Of a stretch of DNA of 64,000 bases, positions 1 to 12,172 are shown piece by piece (position 1 is the stretch's first letter; the number at the start of each line of letters is the position of its first letter). The stretch spans positions 73,624 through 137,623 of the forward strand of contig JANRMQ010000009.1 in assembly GCA_040981125.1 (NCBI GenBank). The letters run 5' to 3'. The DNA comes from Nitrospira sp. (lineage in GTDB: Bacteria; Nitrospirota; Nitrospiria; Nitrospirales; Nitrospiraceae). Position numbers and translations under genes: made by a program. Under the pieces are notes generated by a model. That model worked only from the letters and a program-made list of their open reading frames with translations, did not search any database and was not told where the DNA came from.

Positions 1-653
1 GGTTTCGCGCCCTCACCAAACGGGATCTGCACCATCGGGTGTTTGACGGCATCAAGGCGGTGGTCCAGGCGGGATTCTCCTCATTGAAATTCGATACGGT
101 GGTTATCAAGGGGTATAACGACGACGAACTGGTCGACATGATCGAGTACGGTAAAACGGTCAAGGCGGAAGTGCGGTTTATCGAGTATATGGATGTGGGT
201 GGCGCCACCGACTGGTCCATGAGCCAGGTTCTGTCAAAGGCCGATATGTTGGAGCGATTGGGCCGGCACTATGGAAGCATCGAACCAGTCATCGAGGACA
301 GCACCGCGCCCGCTCAGCGGTTCGTCTTGCCTGATGGAACCACGCTCGGAATTATTCCGTCCACCACCACGCCGTTTTGCAGAACCTGCGACCGAAGCCG
401 GCTGACTGCGGACGGCATGTGGTACCTCTGTCTCTACGCGAAGCAAGGCATCGATCTGAGGGCGCCCCTCCGATCAGGGGTTTCTCGTGGAGATATGGCG
501 GCACACATCGCGTCCACCTGGCAAGGCCGCACCGATCGCGGCGCAGAAGAGCGAAAGGCCCTGGAACCGTTGGGTTTGCGGGAACAGCGTCTGATCGAAA
601 TCGGCAAGTTGCGCGAAGATCCCCACCTCGAAATGCACGCCCGCGGGGGATGA
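1..653 (+). CDS. moaA: GTP 3',8-cyclase MoaA, C-terminal part (5-prime end lies outside the window)
   Basis: The frame is open from base 3. FIEYMDVGG and the C-terminal TTTPFCRTCDRSRLTADGMWYLCLYA cluster are typical of MoaA. Confidence 0.85.
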   Translation, partial: FRALTKRDLHHRVFDGIKAVVQAGFSSLKFDTVVIKGYNDDELVDMIEYGKTVKAEVRFIEYMDVGGATDWSMSQVLSKADMLERLGRHYGSIEPVIEDSTAPAQRFVLPDGTTLGIIPSTTTPFCRTCDRSRLTADGMWYLCLYAKQGIDLRAPLRSGVSRGDMAAHIASTWQGRTDRGAEERKALEPLGLREQRLIEIGKLREDPHLEMHARGG

Positions 654-705
654 CGGACTCGACCACATCCAATGCGAATCCCCGCCAGCCGGTTCCGGAG
701 GTTAC

Positions 706-1413
706 GTGACTGATTCGCATGGGCTCACAATCATGGGGCTGGGCTTCGTGTTGGGCCTTCGGCATGCGCTCGATGCGGACCATATCGTGGCGGTCTCTAC
801 GGTGCTCGCCGAACGCCCCAGTTTACGGGCGTCCGGGACAGTCGGTTTGTTCTGGGGATTGGGGCATACGCTGACGCTGTTGTTGGTAGGTATGTTCGTG
901 CTGGCGTTGCGGATTTCTATTCCGGAATCCCTGGCGGCGGCGTTGGAGTTTTGTATCGGCCTTATGTTGGTTTTCCTCGGCCTCAGCTTGGCCCGCCGCC
1001 TGTACCGGGAGGAGTGGCATGTCCATCCGCATGAACATGGCGGCAGGCGACACGTGCACCTTCACCGGCATGCTCTCCGCCAGGACCATGCGCATGCTCA
1101 TTGGTTTCAAGAGGCACGGCGGCCGCTCCTCATCGGCATGGCGCATGGATTGGCGGGGTCGGCCGCCCTCTTGTTGATGGTCGTGTCGGCGGCCGGTACT
1201 GTGTTCCAGGGAATGGGATATATCCTTATCTTCGGTATCGGCTCCATCATCGGCATGATCGCCGTCGGGACGGCGATCAGTCTTCCGTTTGTGTTGTCGC
1301 TCTCGATCGGGCGCGGCGCCTTCATCGCGGTCCAAGGGGTGGCCAGCCTCGGCAGTATCGGCCTCGGTCTTCTGTTGATGTGGCGGCTGAGCCTCGGCGA
1401 ATCCGGTTTCTGA
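706..1413 (+). CDS. NicO-type nickel/cobalt transporter-like membrane protein with a His-rich loop
   Basis: LGLRHALDADHIVAVS signature, several predicted TM helices and a central loop HVHPHEHGGRRHVHLHRHALRQDHAHAH. GTG start; an ATG nine codons downstream is an alternative. Confidence 0.6.
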   Translation: MTDSHGLTIMGLGFVLGLRHALDADHIVAVSTVLAERPSLRASGTVGLFWGLGHTLTLLLVGMFVLALRISIPESLAAALEFCIGLMLVFLGLSLARRLYREEWHVHPHEHGGRRHVHLHRHALRQDHAHAHWFQEARRPLLIGMAHGLAGSAALLLMVVSAAGTVFQGMGYILIFGIGSIIGMIAVGTAISLPFVLSLSIGRGAFIAVQGVASLGSIGLGLLLMWRLSLGESGF

Positions 1414-1593
1414 CCGGGATGGTGTCTCCGGCATGGTCATTGAGTTCTTTTCTGCCTTCTTGTCATCCTATGCGAAGGGCGGGCTCAATTCCGCGTGCGC
1501 GGCTTCATCGGGTGTGTTATCCTCCCACTCGCTTAAACCGTGAGGCACGTGGGCCGGTATGCATGTGATATCGAGGCGACGACACCGTGAGGA

Positions 1594-2003
1594 ATGTGTG
1601 TGTTGGGTTGTCATGACGCCGATCAATTGGCGGCGGGTCCCGAAGGTTCCGTGGAGCGCCGCACGTGCGGATTATTATTAAACGATACCGCGTTGCTGGA
1701 TGCAGGAACCGGCGGCTCGCGTCTTTACCTGCATGAGCAGCGTCGGATCCAAGCGGTTCTCTTGACGCATCTTCATTTCGATCATATCCGAGATCTCCGA
1801 CACTCGCCGACAATTTGACCGGAGAGATCGACGAGCCGACCCCGGCTCTCTTGGCGAAGGAGCTTCACAAGCTTGGTCGACTTGAAGTTCCGGTGTACCT
1901 AATGAAGGCCGGATTCGAAAGCCGTATCGGAACAGAGTCGCGCCGTCTTGAGATTTCCCGCCTGTCGGTGTTGGTGGACCGGCAAGAGTTTTTTCTCACG
2001 TAG
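1594..2003 (+). pseudogene. Remnant of an MBL-fold (class II cyclic-nucleotide phosphodiesterase-like) hydrolase, frameshifted and internally deleted
   Basis: ORF 1594-1818 ends ..LLTHLHFDHIRDL then reaches a stop. Shifting by -1 at about 1797 continues PTLADNLTGEIDEPTPALLAKELHKL.. into ORF 1815-2003. The combined length is about 136 aa, roughly half of what this family normally has. Confidence 0.5.
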
Positions 2004-2010
2004 GTGATGT

Positions 2011-2847
2011 ATGGCATGGTTCAAGAAGAGTAAGGCGGCGGAGACCGAGGGGCCGAAACGCAATAAGGGCGCGGAGGGCATGTGGCTCAAATGCAATCAC
2101 TGCCGCGAGATCGTGTACCGCAAAGAGGTGGACCGGAATAACAAGGTCTGTCCGAAATGCGAGTATCATTTTCCCATTTCGGTTATCGAACGCATCAATC
2201 TGCTGATCGATCTCGGCACATTTAAAGAGTGGGATGCCGATCTCGAACCGCAGGACCCGCTGAATTTTCAGGACACCCGCTCGTATCGGGAACGGATCAA
2301 GTCCCAGCAGGACAAGACCGGCCGCAAGGACGCGATGGTGATCGGCGAGGGTCAGATCAACGGGCGCAAAGCCGCGCTGTGCGTGTTCGATTTCAGTTTT
2401 ATGGGCGGCAGCATGGGCTCGGTCGTCGGAGAGAAAATCTGCCGCGCCGTCGATCGGGCGCTGGCCGGCCGCTTGCCGTTGATCCTGATCACGGCGTCCG
2501 GCGGGGCCCGGATGCAGGAGGGAATTTTGTCGCTGATGCAGATGGCGAAAACGTCGGCGGCCATCGCGAAACTCGGCGAGGCCAAATTGCCGTTTATCTC
2601 GATCCTGGCGGATCCTACGTTCGGCGGCGTGACGGCTAGTGTCGCCATGTTGGGAGATGTTATTATCGCCGAACCGAAAGCGCTGATCGGCTTCGCCGGC
2701 CCCCGTGTCATCGAGCAAACCATCAAGCAGCAGTTGCCGGACCAATTCCAGCGGGCGGAGTTTCTCCTGGAACACGGCATGGTGGATATGATTGTCGAGC
2801 GGAAGCATCTGAAAGAAGCGGTCAGCACGCTGGTCAGTCACTTCTGA
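2011..2847 (+). CDS. accD: Acetyl-CoA carboxylase carboxyltransferase beta subunit
   Basis: MAWFKK start, zinc ribbon CNHC..CPKC, and [15 protein letters not shown] / [10 protein letters not shown] motifs. Confidence 0.9.
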   Translation: MAWFKKSKAAETEGPKRNKGAEGMWLKCNHCREIVYRKEVDRNNKVCPKCEYHFPISVIERINLLIDLGTFKEWDADLEPQDPLNFQDTRSYRERIKSQQDKTGRKDAMVIGEGQINGRKAALCVFDFSFMGGSMGSVVGEKICRAVDRALAGRLPLILITASGGARMQEGILSLMQMAKTSAAIAKLGEAKLPFISILADPTFGGVTASVAMLGDVIIAEPKALIGFAGPRVIEQTIKQQLPDQFQRAEFLLEHGMVDMIVERKHLKEAVSTLVSHF

Positions 2848-2871
2848 AGGCGTCCTCCTTCGGACCTCGCA

Positions 2872-4164
2872 ATGATCTATTCGTCTGCCGTCGAATATCT
2901 CTACGGCCTTCAAAAACACGGGATCAAGTTAGGGCTGGCCGGTACAGAAGCGATCCTGTCCCGGCTCGATCATCCGGAACGGCGATATCGCGCGATTCAC
3001 ATCGGCGGAACGAACGGAAAAGGGTCCACGGCGGCGATGGTAGCGTCGGTGTTGATGGCCGCCGACTACCGCGTCGGTTTGTACACCTCGCCGCATTTGG
3101 TCGATTTTCGTGAACGAATCCGCGTGAACGGCGCGTTGATTCCGGAACGCCGCGTCGGCGAACTGGTCTCGCACATCCGGGCTTCGGTGGACCCGGACTC
3201 TCCCTTGACCTTCTTCGAATTCACGACCGCCTTGGCATTCCAATATTTTGCCGAGACGCAGGTGGACGTGGCCGTGCTCGAGGTCGGCATGGGCGGGCGC
3301 TTCGACGCCACCAATGTCGTGCAACCGGTTGCGACGGCCATCACGACCATCTCGCTGGATCATGAAGATTATCTGGGGCATACGACCGAACGCATCGCTT
3401 ACGAGAAGGCGGGCATCATCAAACCTGGTATTGCGGTCGTTCTCGGACGGGTGGATCAACAGGCGGGGAGGATGATTCGAGCAGTTGCAGAAGCGCAGCG
3501 CGCGCCTGTCTATCAACTCGGAGTCGATTTCGATGTACGGGGGGACTCGACCTCCTTCGAATATGCAGGGATCGGTGTCACCCATGGCGGTTTGCCGTGC
3601 CGGCTCCTCGGCCGACATCAACTCGATAATGCCGCCTGCGCGCTGGCGCTGATGGAGGTGGCTGAACGGGCGGGATTGCGGGTACTCCCCGAGGCAAGGA
3701 AAAGCGGCCTCGCCGCGACTCAATGGGAGGGGCGCCTGGAAACGGTGGATCGGAATCCCGCAGTGGTCCTGGACGGGGCCCATAATCCCGCGGCAGCCGG
3801 GGTGCTTTCGGCATTCCTTGCGGAGTTTCGCGCCTCGCATCCGGGAAGCCGCGTGGCACTGATTCTCGGCATGATGCGTGACAAGGCTCATCGTGCATTC
3901 GTGCAGTCGCTCCTGTCGACGATCGATGAATTGATTGTGACGCAAGCCGCGATCCCACGGGCGGCGTCTCCTCTCGAACTTCGCGAAAGCCTGGCCGATC
4001 TCATGCCGTCCATGCATACGGCTGCGACTCCCGGCGAGGCGTTATCGCTTGCGCGCGGTCTCATGAAGCCGGCCGATCTCATTTGCGTTGCCGGATCGCT
4101 CATGCTCGTGGGTGATATGAAGGCGTTACTCCGCGGGTGGACCCTTTCGCCCGTCCGTGGATAA
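2872..4164 (+). CDS. folC: Bifunctional folylpolyglutamate synthase / dihydrofolate synthase
   Basis: HIGGTNGKGST P-loop, Mur-ligase-type middle and C-terminal regions (DGAHNPAA). Confidence 0.85.
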   Translation: MIYSSAVEYLYGLQKHGIKLGLAGTEAILSRLDHPERRYRAIHIGGTNGKGSTAAMVASVLMAADYRVGLYTSPHLVDFRERIRVNGALIPERRVGELVSHIRASVDPDSPLTFFEFTTALAFQYFAETQVDVAVLEVGMGGRFDATNVVQPVATAITTISLDHEDYLGHTTERIAYEKAGIIKPGIAVVLGRVDQQAGRMIRAVAEAQRAPVYQLGVDFDVRGDSTSFEYAGIGVTHGGLPCRLLGRHQLDNAACALALMEVAERAGLRVLPEARKSGLAATQWEGRLETVDRNPAVVLDGAHNPAAAGVLSAFLAEFRASHPGSRVALILGMMRDKAHRAFVQSLLSTIDELIVTQAAIPRAASPLELRESLADLMPSMHTAATPGEALSLARGLMKPADLICVAGSLMLVGDMKALLRGWTLSPVRG

Positions 4165-6631
4165 GATGGAGCAGCGCCTCCGTTCCTGCCTCGCTTCCGT
4201 CTTCATCGCGTTCGTCGCCTGTCTCGCCGTCTTGCTTTCCGGGTGGACCGGCGACATTCGGGCGGAAACCAGCGTCACGGCGCAGCCGGGCGCGAGCCAG
4301 CCGCTGAATATTACCGCAGACCGCATCGATTACCTCCAGGATCTGGAGGTCTACGAAGCGGAGGGGTCCGTGGTAGTCACTCAAGGCGCCGTACGTCTCA
4401 CGGCCGATCATGTGACCATCCGACCCTTGACCGGTCTCCTGATCGCGGTGGGACATGCCCGGCTCGGGGATCCGACGGCGGAAGCCACCGCCGAGCGGCT
4501 TGAACTTAACGTGAATACCGAAGCCGGCATTCTGGCCAATGGATCCTTATATGTCAGACCGAGCAATTCATACTTGACCGGCAGGGTTCTGCAACGGTTC
4601 TCGGAAGATCACTACCGGATCAAGGACGGCACGTTTACCAATTGCGATGCCAAGGATGGAGAGATTCCGGCCTGGCGTTTTCAATTCGATGACCTCGACG
4701 TGAATACGGGAGAAAGCGTTGCCATGAAGCGCGGCTGGCTTTGCGTGAATGATCACCGGGTCGTTCCCATTCCGACTCTCACGTATCCTTTGACCACCAG
4801 ACGGAGCGGGTTCCTTATCCCGTCACCCGGATACGACAGTCGATTCGGCCTGCGCTACCAGCAGGCATACTTTTGGGCCATCAACCCCAGCCAGGACTTG
4901 ACGGTCGCGCCTTTCTATTTTTCCAACTTGGGTTATGGCAGCGATTTTGAGTACCGATATTTCCTGGATCGGAGATCGAGAGGTCGCTGGTTTATCAGCG
5001 CCCTCCAACAGACGGAATTGCCGAATGTCTCCGGCGTAGATCAGAATGCATCCGACGCCAAACGCGCGCGCGCGCTGATCAGCGGCACCCATATCCAGCA
5101 AGTGACACCGACGCTCCTGGTTCAGGGCCAGGCTTCATTGGTGACCGATCGGGAATACTTGCAGCAATTGAGCAATTCCGGCGCACAACGAGCGGCCCCG
5201 AGCGGTGAATCCAGTCTTCTTGGCACACAGAAATTGCCGTACGGCAACGCCTATATGCTTGCCCAGTATCTCCAACCGCTCAATTCCGGTGGTCCGGATA
5301 CATTCCAACGGCTGCCGGAAATCGGCTACGTCCTGCCGAATTCCGCCCCCACCAGCCTGCCGTTTCTGGTGAATTTTGACGGGAATTTCGTCAATTTTTA
5401 TCGCGACCAGGGATTCACCCTTAATCGCATGGACATTGTGCCGGGCTTGACCACCGATATTATGGATATCGGCCATGTCGTCGGCATTGCCCCTCACTTC
5501 AAGGCGCGTGAGGTGTATTACACACGAGGCGCGCAGACCACCGATACGATTCATCGCGAGACATTCTGGGCCGCTCTGGAGGCGACATCCAAGCTGAGCC
5601 GCCGATTCGGTCAGGGACAGGGCGGCGGGATGTTCTTGCATACGATCGAACCAAGCTTGATGTACGAGTATGTGCCGGCTTCCGATCAATCTCAAATTGC
5701 CCAGATCGATCAGGTAGACGATCTGCCGAAGAAGAATCTGCTGACCTATGCGCTTCGCAGCCGGTTATTGGAGCAAAAGGTGGACGGCAAATCGTTCAAT
5801 TGGCTGGATCTGACACTGGCCCAAAGCTATCACGTCGGCGGCGTGCAGACCAAGGCAAGGGACTTCAACCCCGGTGTCGAGCCGTTTTTGGGCACGGTAA
5901 CGCAACCGTTGCAGCCGGCGACCGTTGATATTCAAGGAAGAAGATTCTCCGATTTTTGGCTGCGCGCGGTCGTGGGGAACACTGCGCCGGAGTTTTTCCG
6001 CCCCCCGAATCTCTCAACGAGTTTTACTCAGTCGCCTATGGGAGGGCAACTGCTTCCGCCGCGAAACCAGTATCTCATTGTCGATGCGTTTTTTGATCCG
6101 TATCGCGGCACGTTCAGCCAGTGGAACACGGACTTTCGCGTGCAACAATCGAACTATTGGTATGTGGAAGTTGGACAGCGATATTCGCGGGACGGCAATC
6201 GAGTCCGGCGCGGTGATGTCTGGAATCCCATATCGTTTAACGAAGTGTTCGCGCCGACCGCGGAAGTGGAATTCGTCACGGCCGGCGGCGGGTTCCGGAC
6301 ACCTTGGGGATGGACAGTGGGGGCGAAAGGTTATTACGATGTCAAGAACGGCAGGAGTCCCGAATATGATGTGGTCGGACTGTATCAGAACCCGTGTAAA
6401 TGTTGGTCTCTTGGATTATATTATCTTCAATTTCCCGATCGAACTCAGTACAACTTTATGTTCAGCATGACGGGCGTCGGATGGACGGAAAATTTCGGCA
6501 CGACGGTCTTGAGGACGGTGTTAGGTCCTCTGCTGGTCGGAGAACGGGGATTGCCGTGGGCTGCGCCCGGGGGACCGTATGGCCGCGCCGAAACCACACT
6601 GCCGGTGCCGACGATGCCGAGTCTTCGGTGA
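4157..6631 (+). CDS. lptD: LPS-assembly outer-membrane protein LptD
   Basis: Signal peptide, OstA-like N-terminal domain (ITADRIDY..EAEGSVVV..LTADHV) and a large beta-barrel region. Overlaps the folC stop by 8 nt. Confidence 0.8.
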   Translation: MDKMEQRLRSCLASVFIAFVACLAVLLSGWTGDIRAETSVTAQPGASQPLNITADRIDYLQDLEVYEAEGSVVVTQGAVRLTADHVTIRPLTGLLIAVGHARLGDPTAEATAERLELNVNTEAGILANGSLYVRPSNSYLTGRVLQRFSEDHYRIKDGTFTNCDAKDGEIPAWRFQFDDLDVNTGESVAMKRGWLCVNDHRVVPIPTLTYPLTTRRSGFLIPSPGYDSRFGLRYQQAYFWAINPSQDLTVAPFYFSNLGYGSDFEYRYFLDRRSRGRWFISALQQTELPNVSGVDQNASDAKRARALISGTHIQQVTPTLLVQGQASLVTDREYLQQLSNSGAQRAAPSGESSLLGTQKLPYGNAYMLAQYLQPLNSGGPDTFQRLPEIGYVLPNSAPTSLPFLVNFDGNFVNFYRDQGFTLNRMDIVPGLTTDIMDIGHVVGIAPHFKAREVYYTRGAQTTDTIHRETFWAALEATSKLSRRFGQGQGGGMFLHTIEPSLMYEYVPASDQSQIAQIDQVDDLPKKNLLTYALRSRLLEQKVDGKSFNWLDLTLAQSYHVGGVQTKARDFNPGVEPFLGTVTQPLQPATVDIQGRRFSDFWLRAVVGNTAPEFFRPPNLSTSFTQSPMGGQLLPPRNQYLIVDAFFDPYRGTFSQWNTDFRVQQSNYWYVEVGQRYSRDGNRVRRGDVWNPISFNEVFAPTAEVEFVTAGGGFRTPWGWTVGAKGYYDVKNGRSPEYDVVGLYQNPCKCWSLGLYYLQFPDRTQYNFMFSMTGVGWTENFGTTVLRTVLGPLLVGERGLPWAAPGGPYGRAETTLPVPTMPSLR

Positions 6632-6633
6632 GA

Positions 6634-7248
6634 ATGTCACTGAAAGCGATGTCTGACGCGCAGGATTCCATGGTCCAAGAGTATGGATCGCATGAACCTA
6701 CCGTTCACCGGCTTCATCGTGCGCCGGGTGTTCGGGGGATCCTATTTCTCCTCTGTGTGGTGTGGTGGGGCATGGCGTGGTCGGGCGGGACTGCTGCGGC
6801 CAAGGCGGAGGAGCCGCTGTCTCAGCTTCAACGGGCAAAAATATTCCTTCAGGCCGCCGACTATCGACGGGCGATCGATGCCTGCCAGGAAGAAATTCGC
6901 ATCCGTCCCTCAGCGGCCGCTTATGTGTACCTCACGTATGTGTATCTTGCGCTGGATCAGTATCTGAATCATTTGGCGCAAAGCGATCAATGGGTGACGG
7001 TTGAGTTGGTCTATCTCAATCTCGCGTCCGGACGGGTTGAAGATTTAACGGACCCGCCTGATGTCTTGGCACGGGTCGCGAAAGAGGTCATTCAACAAGC
7101 GTTGCAGCGACAAGCCGATGTCACGGCTGCCATGGCGAAGAGGTTGGACGGCTCTCTTGTGCTGGAATTATGGAAGCAGCAAGCGGCGTGGCGCGAAGCC
7201 AGGCCGATCGATTGGTGGTTCGGTGTGCCGCCGGAATGGCGATGGTAG
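6634..7248 (+). CDS. Hypothetical exported protein
   Basis: Hydrophobic signal-like segment ILFLLCVVWWGMAWSGGTAAA followed by a helical region. The ATG at 6634 lies directly after the lptD stop; 6670 is an alternative start. The upstream part of ORF 6400-7248 overlaps lptD. Confidence 0.45.
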   Translation: MSLKAMSDAQDSMVQEYGSHEPTVHRLHRAPGVRGILFLLCVVWWGMAWSGGTAAAKAEEPLSQLQRAKIFLQAADYRRAIDACQEEIRIRPSAAAYVYLTYVYLALDQYLNHLAQSDQWVTVELVYLNLASGRVEDLTDPPDVLARVAKEVIQQALQRQADVTAAMAKRLDGSLVLELWKQQAAWREARPIDWWFGVPPEWRW

Positions 7249-7257
7249 GCCGATGAA

Positions 7258-7285
7258 TTGACACTCGAAAGAAGCGTGGTATAGG
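7258..7285 (+). promoter_or_regulatory. Candidate sigma-70 promoter for trxA
   Basis: TTGACA (7258-7263), 16-nt spacer, extended -10 TGgTATAGG (7277-7285). Lies about 58 nt upstream of the trxA GTG. Confidence 0.4.
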
Positions 7286-7342
7286 ATGCACGAGTTCTTT
7301 CTGCAAGTGGTTGAAAGCTGAAAGCCGGAAGGAGGGCTGTCC

Positions 7343-7690
7343 GTGGGAGGAGAGGCACAAAAAGTCAGCGAGGCGACGTGGGATGCCGATGTGATGAAGG
7401 CGCCTGAGCTTGTGTTGGTTGATTTTTGGGCGGTATGGTGCGGGCCGTGCCAGATGGTGGCGCCGATTATCGACGAGCTGGCGGGAGAGTATGCGGGGAA
7501 ACTGAAAGTGTGCAAACTCAACACGGATGAAAACCCTGAGATCGCCGGTCGCTACCAGGTCATGAGCATCCCCACGATACTCTTTTTCAAAGGCGGGCAG
7601 GCGGTCGAGCGTCTGGTCGGTGCGCGACCGAAGCGCCAGTTCAAGGAAATCATCGATTCCCTGTTAGCGCAGCATTCCGGCACCGCATAA
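7343..7690 (+). CDS. trxA: Thioredoxin
   Basis: [18 protein letters not shown] active site and [13 protein letters not shown] start preceded by GGAAGGAGGG. Confidence 0.9.
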   Translation: MGGEAQKVSEATWDADVMKAPELVLVDFWAVWCGPCQMVAPIIDELAGEYAGKLKVCKLNTDENPEIAGRYQVMSIPTILFFKGGQAVERLVGARPKRQFKEIIDSLLAQHSGTA

Positions 7691-7710
7691 GAGACTCCCC
7701 TGCAGCAGCA

Positions 7711-9408
<1,698 letters not shown>

Positions 9409-9412
9409 TCAA

Positions 9413-10597
9413 TCACGCTTCCGATGTGCCGGTTGAAGAGGCGGCGATGGCCAATGCAGGCAGCGAAGATTTACATTCCTGGACCACTCGGGTAAACAGT
9501 TCCGCCAACATTGGGTCGAAGTGGGTATTTGCCTGAAGGGCGATTTGGCGGATCGCGTCGTCGATCGACAGAGGATGCGAGCCCGGGATATCGACCGTGA
9601 GCCTGTCGAACGCTTGAGCGATCGCGACAATGCGGGCAAGAAGCGGAATGCCGTCCCCGCGCAGACCGTGGGGATATCCCAGCCCATCGAACCTCTCGTG
9701 GTGGTAGGCGATGATTTGCCCTACCTCCGCGGGAAATCCCAACGGGAGAATCATGCGCGCGCCGACATCCGGATGCTCGGACCCAGGCCCCTCCGCCCCT
9801 TCCTGGGCGGAGAAGCGAGATGGAGAAGTGCGTATGCTGCCGATATCATGCAGAAAGGCTCCCAGCGAGAGGGATTTTTGCTCTGCCACAGGCAGGTTCA
9901 GACGGTTGGCGAGCAGGGAGGCATAGAAACTCACCCGGCTGCAATGATTGAGCAAGTGCCGATCTTTCGCTTCGAGCAGGTCCGATAATAGCGGGATCAA
10001 CGCGGTGGCCTCATTGTCCGTCGGGGCCGGTTCACCTTTTTGCGCCAAGCCGATTGAAAAGTACCCCTCCTTGATCTCTTTCCATGCCCGAGCAATGTCT
10101 TGCTCCGTTCCCCACAGCGCCGACGATTGTTTGAGGAACGAACGAAGAAAGTCCAAGCGGCGTTTTTTCTCCAGCGTTTGGTTGATGAGCGTAATGAGTT
10201 CCGTCACGTTAAAGGGCTTCAAAAGGTAACCGGCGGCGCCGTGGCGAATGCCCTCCATCGCGGACTTGAGGCTCCCGTAACCGGTAATGATAATGACTTC
10301 AATATCGGTATATTCCTGTTTGATATCCTGAAGGAGATCAATTCCCTGCCTGTCCGGTAATTTTTGATCCAAGGTAATCAAGTCTATATGCTGCTGCTTG
10401 AGGACTTGGAGAGCAGCCTGGGCGCTTTCGGCGGCATGGATCGTAAAAAACGGGCGAAGGATGACCTTGAGCGCGTCGCGCGGTCCTGTTTCATCGTCTA
10501 TGACCAAGACGGAAGGTTTACTTACGGAGTTACCTAGAGAAGGTAGGATCCCCATGCGGCGCGCTCCACGGGTGAGTTGCGAAGCAGTTGACTGCAT
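9413..10597 (-). CDS. Response regulator with an HD-GYP phosphodiesterase domain (RpfG-like)
   Basis: Receiver domain (VLVIDDE..DLITLDQKLPD), then HDIGS and HHERFDGLGYPHG motifs. The stop lies 4 nt from the convergent recN stop. Confidence 0.85.
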   Translation of the reverse strand: MQSTASQLTRGARRMGILPSLGNSVSKPSVLVIDDETGPRDALKVILRPFFTIHAAESAQAALQVLKQQHIDLITLDQKLPDRQGIDLLQDIKQEYTDIEVIIITGYGSLKSAMEGIRHGAAGYLLKPFNVTELITLINQTLEKKRRLDFLRSFLKQSSALWGTEQDIARAWKEIKEGYFSIGLAQKGEPAPTDNEATALIPLLSDLLEAKDRHLLNHCSRVSFYASLLANRLNLPVAEQKSLSLGAFLHDIGSIRTSPSRFSAQEGAEGPGSEHPDVGARMILPLGFPAEVGQIIAYHHERFDGLGYPHGLRGDGIPLLARIVAIAQAFDRLTVDIPGSHPLSIDDAIRQIALQANTHFDPMLAELFTRVVQECKSSLPALAIAASSTGTSEA

Positions 10598-10774
10598 GCA
10601 AGCAATACCGATGCCTTTTCAATGACATACGCATCGTTGCAACCTTGAACGGGCCGCCTACACGCGGCACGCTAGATATAGACTTCTACATAGAAGAGGT
10701 CAAGGCCGTTCTTCATAGTAAATCAAAGAGATGCACGCGATGCGGAAGGCCGCTGGATCTGTATCCATACCCCG

Positions 10775-12172
10775 TTACGATTCGACGGGAAGGGCGCTGT
10801 CCGGCCGGCTGATGCCCAAGGTGTCCATGCGGTATTTCAGCATCCTTCGACTGATGCCCAACATGCTCGCCGCGTGCGTTTGAATATAGTTGGTCCGCTT
10901 CAGCGCGTCGAGAATGATCTCCCGTTCAAATTCCATGACGGCCTTCTCCAGCGACAGACGACCGGCGAGCGTATCGTCCCGGAGAGAGGAGGAGCGCGTA
11001 TCTGTCCGCACGATCGTGGGCAGATGTTCGGGCAGAATGATGCCGGACCCTTTGGACCAGATAAACGCCTGTTCGATGATATTCTCCATTTCTCGGACAT
11101 TGCCCGGCCACGGGTATCGGGCGATCAGTTCCAGCGCGTCCTTGGAAAATTCCTGAACCTGGCGCTTTTCTTCCTCGATACGCCGAGCGAGAAAGTGTTT
11201 CGCGAGCAAAGGGATGTCCTCGCCGCGTTCCCGCAGGGGAGGCAAGTACAGCGCAATGACATTGATCCGGTAATACAGGTCTTCTCGGAATAATCCTTTG
11301 CGGACCAATTCATCCAAGTTCTTATTCGTCGCGGCGATGATACGCACATCGACTTTGATCGATTGGACGCCTCCGATACGGGTAAACTCGCGCTCTTGAA
11401 GCACGCGCAGCAGCTTGGCCTGGGTCGCCGGACTCAGATCTCCGATCTCATCGAGGAACAGGGTTCCGCTGTTCGCCAATTCGAATTGCCCGACTCGCCT
11501 CGCCGTGGCGTCGGTAAACGAGCCTTTTTCATGGCCGAACAATTCGCTTTCGATCAGCGTTTCCGGAAGCGCCGCGCAGTTCAGCGCGATGAACGGACGA
11601 TCCCGGCGAGCACTATTATAGTGAATGGCTTTGGCAACCAGCTCTTTTCCGGTCCCACTTTCGCCCGTCACGAGGACCGTGGTGCGGCTGTCCGCTACCT
11701 GTTCGATCTTGGCATAGATCTCTTGCATCGACGGGCTCTTGCCGATCAGGTTGTGAAAGGCATACCGTTGCACGATTTGAGCGCGGAGCTGTCGGACTTC
11801 GCGTTCCAGATCGTGTGAATTCAGGGTGCGATCCACGACAATACGCAGTTCTTCCACGTCAAACGGTTTGGAGAGGTAGTCGGCGGCGCCCAGCTTCATG
11901 GCATCGACGGCCGTTTTCACCGATTTGGTTCCCGTAAGCATAATGACCGGGGTATTGGGTCCATCGGCGCGCATCGTTTGAAGAACCGTCAGACCATCCG
12001 TCCCGGGCAGGATCACATCAAGAAGCACGAGATCAGGGGATTCCCGCTTGAACAACTCCAGGCCCTCTTGGGCGTCCGCGGCTTCCAGGATGTCATAGAC
12101 CGGCTCCAGCACCAGCTTCAGGGAAGCCCGCACCCGCGGCTCATCATCGACGAGAAGGACCCGCTTTTTCAT
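10775..12172 (-). CDS. Sigma-54-dependent response regulator (NtrC/AtoC type)
   Basis: Receiver (VLLVDDE..DLVLLDVILPG), AAA+ core with GESGTGKE, GAFTDA-like loop (KGSFTDA), LFLDEIG, and a Fis-type HTH (AASMLGISRRMLKYRM). Confidence 0.9.
   Translation of the reverse strand: MKKRVLLVDDEPRVRASLKLVLEPVYDILEAADAQEGLELFKRESPDLVLLDVILPGTDGLTVLQTMRADGPNTPVIMLTGTKSVKTAVDAMKLGAADYLSKPFDVEELRIVVDRTLNSHDLEREVRQLRAQIVQRYAFHNLIGKSPSMQEIYAKIEQVADSRTTVLVTGESGTGKELVAKAIHYNSARRDRPFIALNCAALPETLIESELFGHEKGSFTDATARRVGQFELANSGTLFLDEIGDLSPATQAKLLRVLQEREFTRIGGVQSIKVDVRIIAATNKNLDELVRKGLFREDLYYRINVIALYLPPLRERGEDIPLLAKHFLARRIEEEKRQVQEFSKDALELIARYPWPGNVREMENIIEQAFIWSKGSGIILPEHLPTIVRTDTRSSSLRDDTLAGRLSLEKAVMEFEREIILDALKRTNYIQTHAASMLGISRRMLKYRMDTLGISRPDSALPVES

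Noticed and set aside
1996-4017. Long minus-strand ORFs (1996-2919 and 2929-4017) opposite accD and folC
   Set aside because: They are antisense shadows of strongly recognisable genes in GC-rich DNA. The translations are Arg/Pro/His-rich with no motifs.
6400-6633. Upstream extension of ORF 6400-7248 overlapping the lptD C-terminus
   Set aside because: It overlaps the conserved lptD barrel end out of frame. An ATG directly after the lptD stop gives a product that begins close to its signal-like segment.
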